Shown: in pieces, positions 30,227 to 32,000 of the stretch | Layout: each line of letters begins with the position of its first letter | Position numbering within the stretch: the first letter of the stretch is position 1 | DNA from: Candidatus Heimdallarchaeota archaeon B3_Heim | GTDB lineage: Archaea > Asgardarchaeota > Heimdallarchaeia > Hodarchaeales > Hodarchaeaceae | NCBI GenBank assembly: GCA_003144275.1 | Contig: NJBF01000024.1 | Span: 38,992 to 70,991, forward strand | Direction: 5' to 3' | Length of the DNA: 32,000 nucleotides | Notes under the pieces: model-generated | Seen by the model: the letters and a program-made list of their open reading frames with translations, nothing else | What the model was told of the DNA's origin: nothing | Databases searched by the model: none | Program-made: the position numbers and the translations under genes

Positions 30227-30670
30227 CTATATCTGAATAAACTCTGGTTTGGGGCCAAGAGGAGGAGGAGGACGAAGTGGTTGATTCCAAATGGAATTTG
30301 TCAAATCCTTCAATTTTTTTTCATATTCATTTGGATCTCTAAAGTCTATATAAACCACATTATCTCTTAAAAACTCTGGGATAGCTGTTTCAGGTGTTCC
30401 TTCTCTTAAAACTGGAATAACATTTTCAAATTTAGGCCTATCATCAAACATTTTATCTTCTATCAGCATATTTTCGAATTGAATTGCTGCTTTCTCAGTT
30501 TGAGTGAGTTTATTCATTAAATTTGGATCACAAATTATTATGACCTTGTCCACTGATCGGATTTTGTTAATGTACTTGGTTAATCTCCTTCCTCCATATA
30601 ATTCCCATTTATCAAATGAAACCTCAACTCCACCTTTTGTTTTTAAATTCGAAAGATTTTCAAAGAGCAT
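30227..30670 (-). CDS. TIR/SEFIR-like domain protein, apparently lacking the first (FISY) strand
   Basis: GVEVSFDKW, DKVIIICD, QFE (putative catalytic Glu), VIPVLREG, IPEFL, YIDFR, PPLGPKP match stand-alone prokaryotic TIR/SEFIR proteins. Confidence 0.7.
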   Translation of the reverse strand: MLFENLSNLKTKGGVEVSFDKWELYGGRRLTKYINKIRSVDKVIIICDPNLMNKLTQTEKAAIQFENMLIEDKMFDDRPKFENVIPVLREGTPETAIPEFLRDNVVYIDFRDPNEYEKKLKDLTNSIWNQPLRPPPPLGPKPEFIQI

Positions 30671-30685
30671 AAAGATTCATCCAAA

Positions 30686-30862
30686 TTAAGCTATACCAAT
30701 TTCCATTTTTGTTATTATTCCCTTTTTCACTTCTTCTGATATTAATTCCTCCTTTCTCTCTAAAATCAATTTTTTAATATTCTCGCTGTTCTTTGCTGCA
30801 TTTTCTTTTACTTTTTCTCTACCTCTACGTATGAGATTGCCCATTTTTTTGTACTTGAGCAT
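30686..30862 (-). CDS. Possible short charged helical ORF or gene remnant (58 aa)
   Basis: MLKYKKMGNLIRRGREKVKENAAKNSENIKKLILERKEE... has coding-like composition; no motif recognised. Confidence 0.3.
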   Translation of the reverse strand: MLKYKKMGNLIRRGREKVKENAAKNSENIKKLILERKEELISEEVKKGIITKMEIGIA

Positions 30863-32000
30863 TATTTCATTATGGCTAAAAAAAACTAACCATATGCACC
30901 GGTGGTTGGAAATCCTCTCATCCCACCCCATTAAAATTATTCTCCGAACTGTGGGAAAATTTAATTTCCATTTTTTGGGAATAGATAATAATGATTCTTT
31001 TCCCATTAGTGATGAATATCGACGTTTGTTAATTGTATCCCCATTTTTAAGTGAGAATTTCTTAAATAGGTTTGGTAATGTAAAGCAAAAATATTTAATT
31101 TCCATGCAGAATAGCTTAGATAAGATATCTGATGATACTTTAAAAAAATATAACAGAATATGGGTCCTGGATGAATTAGCTGAAGATAAATCAGAAGATG
31201 ATATTTCTCGATTATCGGGCTTACACGCCAAATTATATATAGGTGAAAATGAAAAATCGGTTACCTTGTGGAATGGCTCATCAAATGCTACCCATGCCGG
31301 TTTTTCTTCGCAAAATGTTGAAGCTTTAGTTGAATTAAGAGGAGAAAGAAGGAAAGTCGGAATCAATAAATTTTTAGATGAGAATTCCGAGAACTCAGCT
31401 ATTAATTTTTTAAAAGAATATGGGAAAACCACTCTTGATGAGGAAGAAAAAAGGAAAGAGAATTTAGAAAAAGAGTTGGAAAAAAAGCTTGAGGAATATA
31501 AGGCTAATTTATTAAAAATGAGGTTAAGGGTGAAAATAAGACCGGAATCAAAAGAATTATATAAAATAATAGTTTGTCCCAATATAACTAATTTAGGATA
31601 TAGCAGTGAAGAAATAAAGGGGATTTGTTATCCGATTACTTTACAAAAACAGACTAATAAAATAAATATCTCCTTATTATGGGAGGATAAAATTATATTC
31701 CATAAAGTACCATTACTTTCTTTAACCAGTCTTGTGGCTTTTGAATTGAAGATTAAAGATAAAAGGATATCACAAAAGATGGAATTTGTTTTAAATTTAC
31801 CCGTTGAGGGTATGCCAGAAAGAAGAAATGATAAAATTATTCGGGCTATTTTAAGGGATTCAAATGGTTTTATCCAATATTTGAGAATTTTACTTATTGA
31901 AAACCAGAATATATTTTTGTTTAATCATAATATTATTAATCATGGTAAAGATGATTATAAAAACAAACAAAATCGGATACACATGCCACTTGCAGAGGAA
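30831..32000 (+). CDS. Phospholipase D-family nuclease-like protein; runs off the window, probably also 5'-truncated; absent from the ORF track
   Basis: Manual translation from ATG 30831 is open for 390 codons to the end: RLLIVSPFLS, LISMQNSLD, GLHAKLYIGE (HxKx4E at 31224-31247), LWNGSSNATHAGF...NVE. Confidence 0.75.
   Translation, partial: MRLPIFLYLSIISLWLKKTNHMHRWLEILSSHPIKIILRTVGKFNFHFLGIDNNDSFPISDEYRRLLIVSPFLSENFLNRFGNVKQKYLISMQNSLDKISDDTLKKYNRIWVLDELAEDKSEDDISRLSGLHAKLYIGENEKSVTLWNGSSNATHAGFSSQNVEALVELRGERRKVGINKFLDENSENSAINFLKEYGKTTLDEEEKRKENLEKELEKKLEEYKANLLKMRLRVKIRPESKELYKIIVCPNITNLGYSSEEIKGICYPITLQKQTNKINISLLWEDKIIFHKVPLLSLTSLVAFELKIKDKRISQKMEFVLNLPVEGMPERRNDKIIRAILRDSNGFIQYLRILLIENQNIFLFNHNIINHGKDDYKNKQNRIHMPLAEE

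Noticed and set aside
30686-31582. 298-aa minus-strand ORF in the track
   Set aside because: Ser/Phe/Leu-rich antisense shadow, in exact register with the plus-strand PLD frame; only the last 58 or so codons could be real.

Overview
AT-rich archaeal chromosomal window whose gene content points to an Asgard archaeon (inference from gelsolin, longin/uDENN-like, capped-LRR and surface-protein-plus-longin genes; a finer lineage cannot be assigned). Bases 1-23.9 kb look like core chromosome: a 5'-truncated glycosylated surface protein with a cytoplasmic longin-like tail, a uDENN/longin-like protein, a two-domain gelsolin, GH57, enoyl-CoA hydratase/isomerase, serS, an hsp20-cdc48-PAC2 proteostasis cluster, GNAT, an amber-interrupted MBL hydrolase, a tRNA-binding protein, an orphan N6-adenine methyltransferase, two tandem dCache_1 membrane proteins, a Zn-finger-LRR protein and a DRG GTPase. 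Bases 24-32 kb are a mosaic accessory/defence-like region: a virus/plasmid-like cassette of tiny ORFs, an Nmad3-like gene, a TM-wHTH plus LVIVD pair bracketed by 28-bp direct repeats, HEPN-like and TIR genes, and a PLD-family ORF that runs off the end and is missing from the ORF track. The strongest lead is 18050-21093: a dCache_1 protein with an intact amino-acid-binding motif and a VWA/MIDAS domain inserted as in eukaryotic calcium-channel alpha2delta/CACHD1, translationally coupled to a VWA-less paralog; neither has a cytoplasmic output domain. Family calls come from motif recognition and remembered family consensus; no database searches were run.
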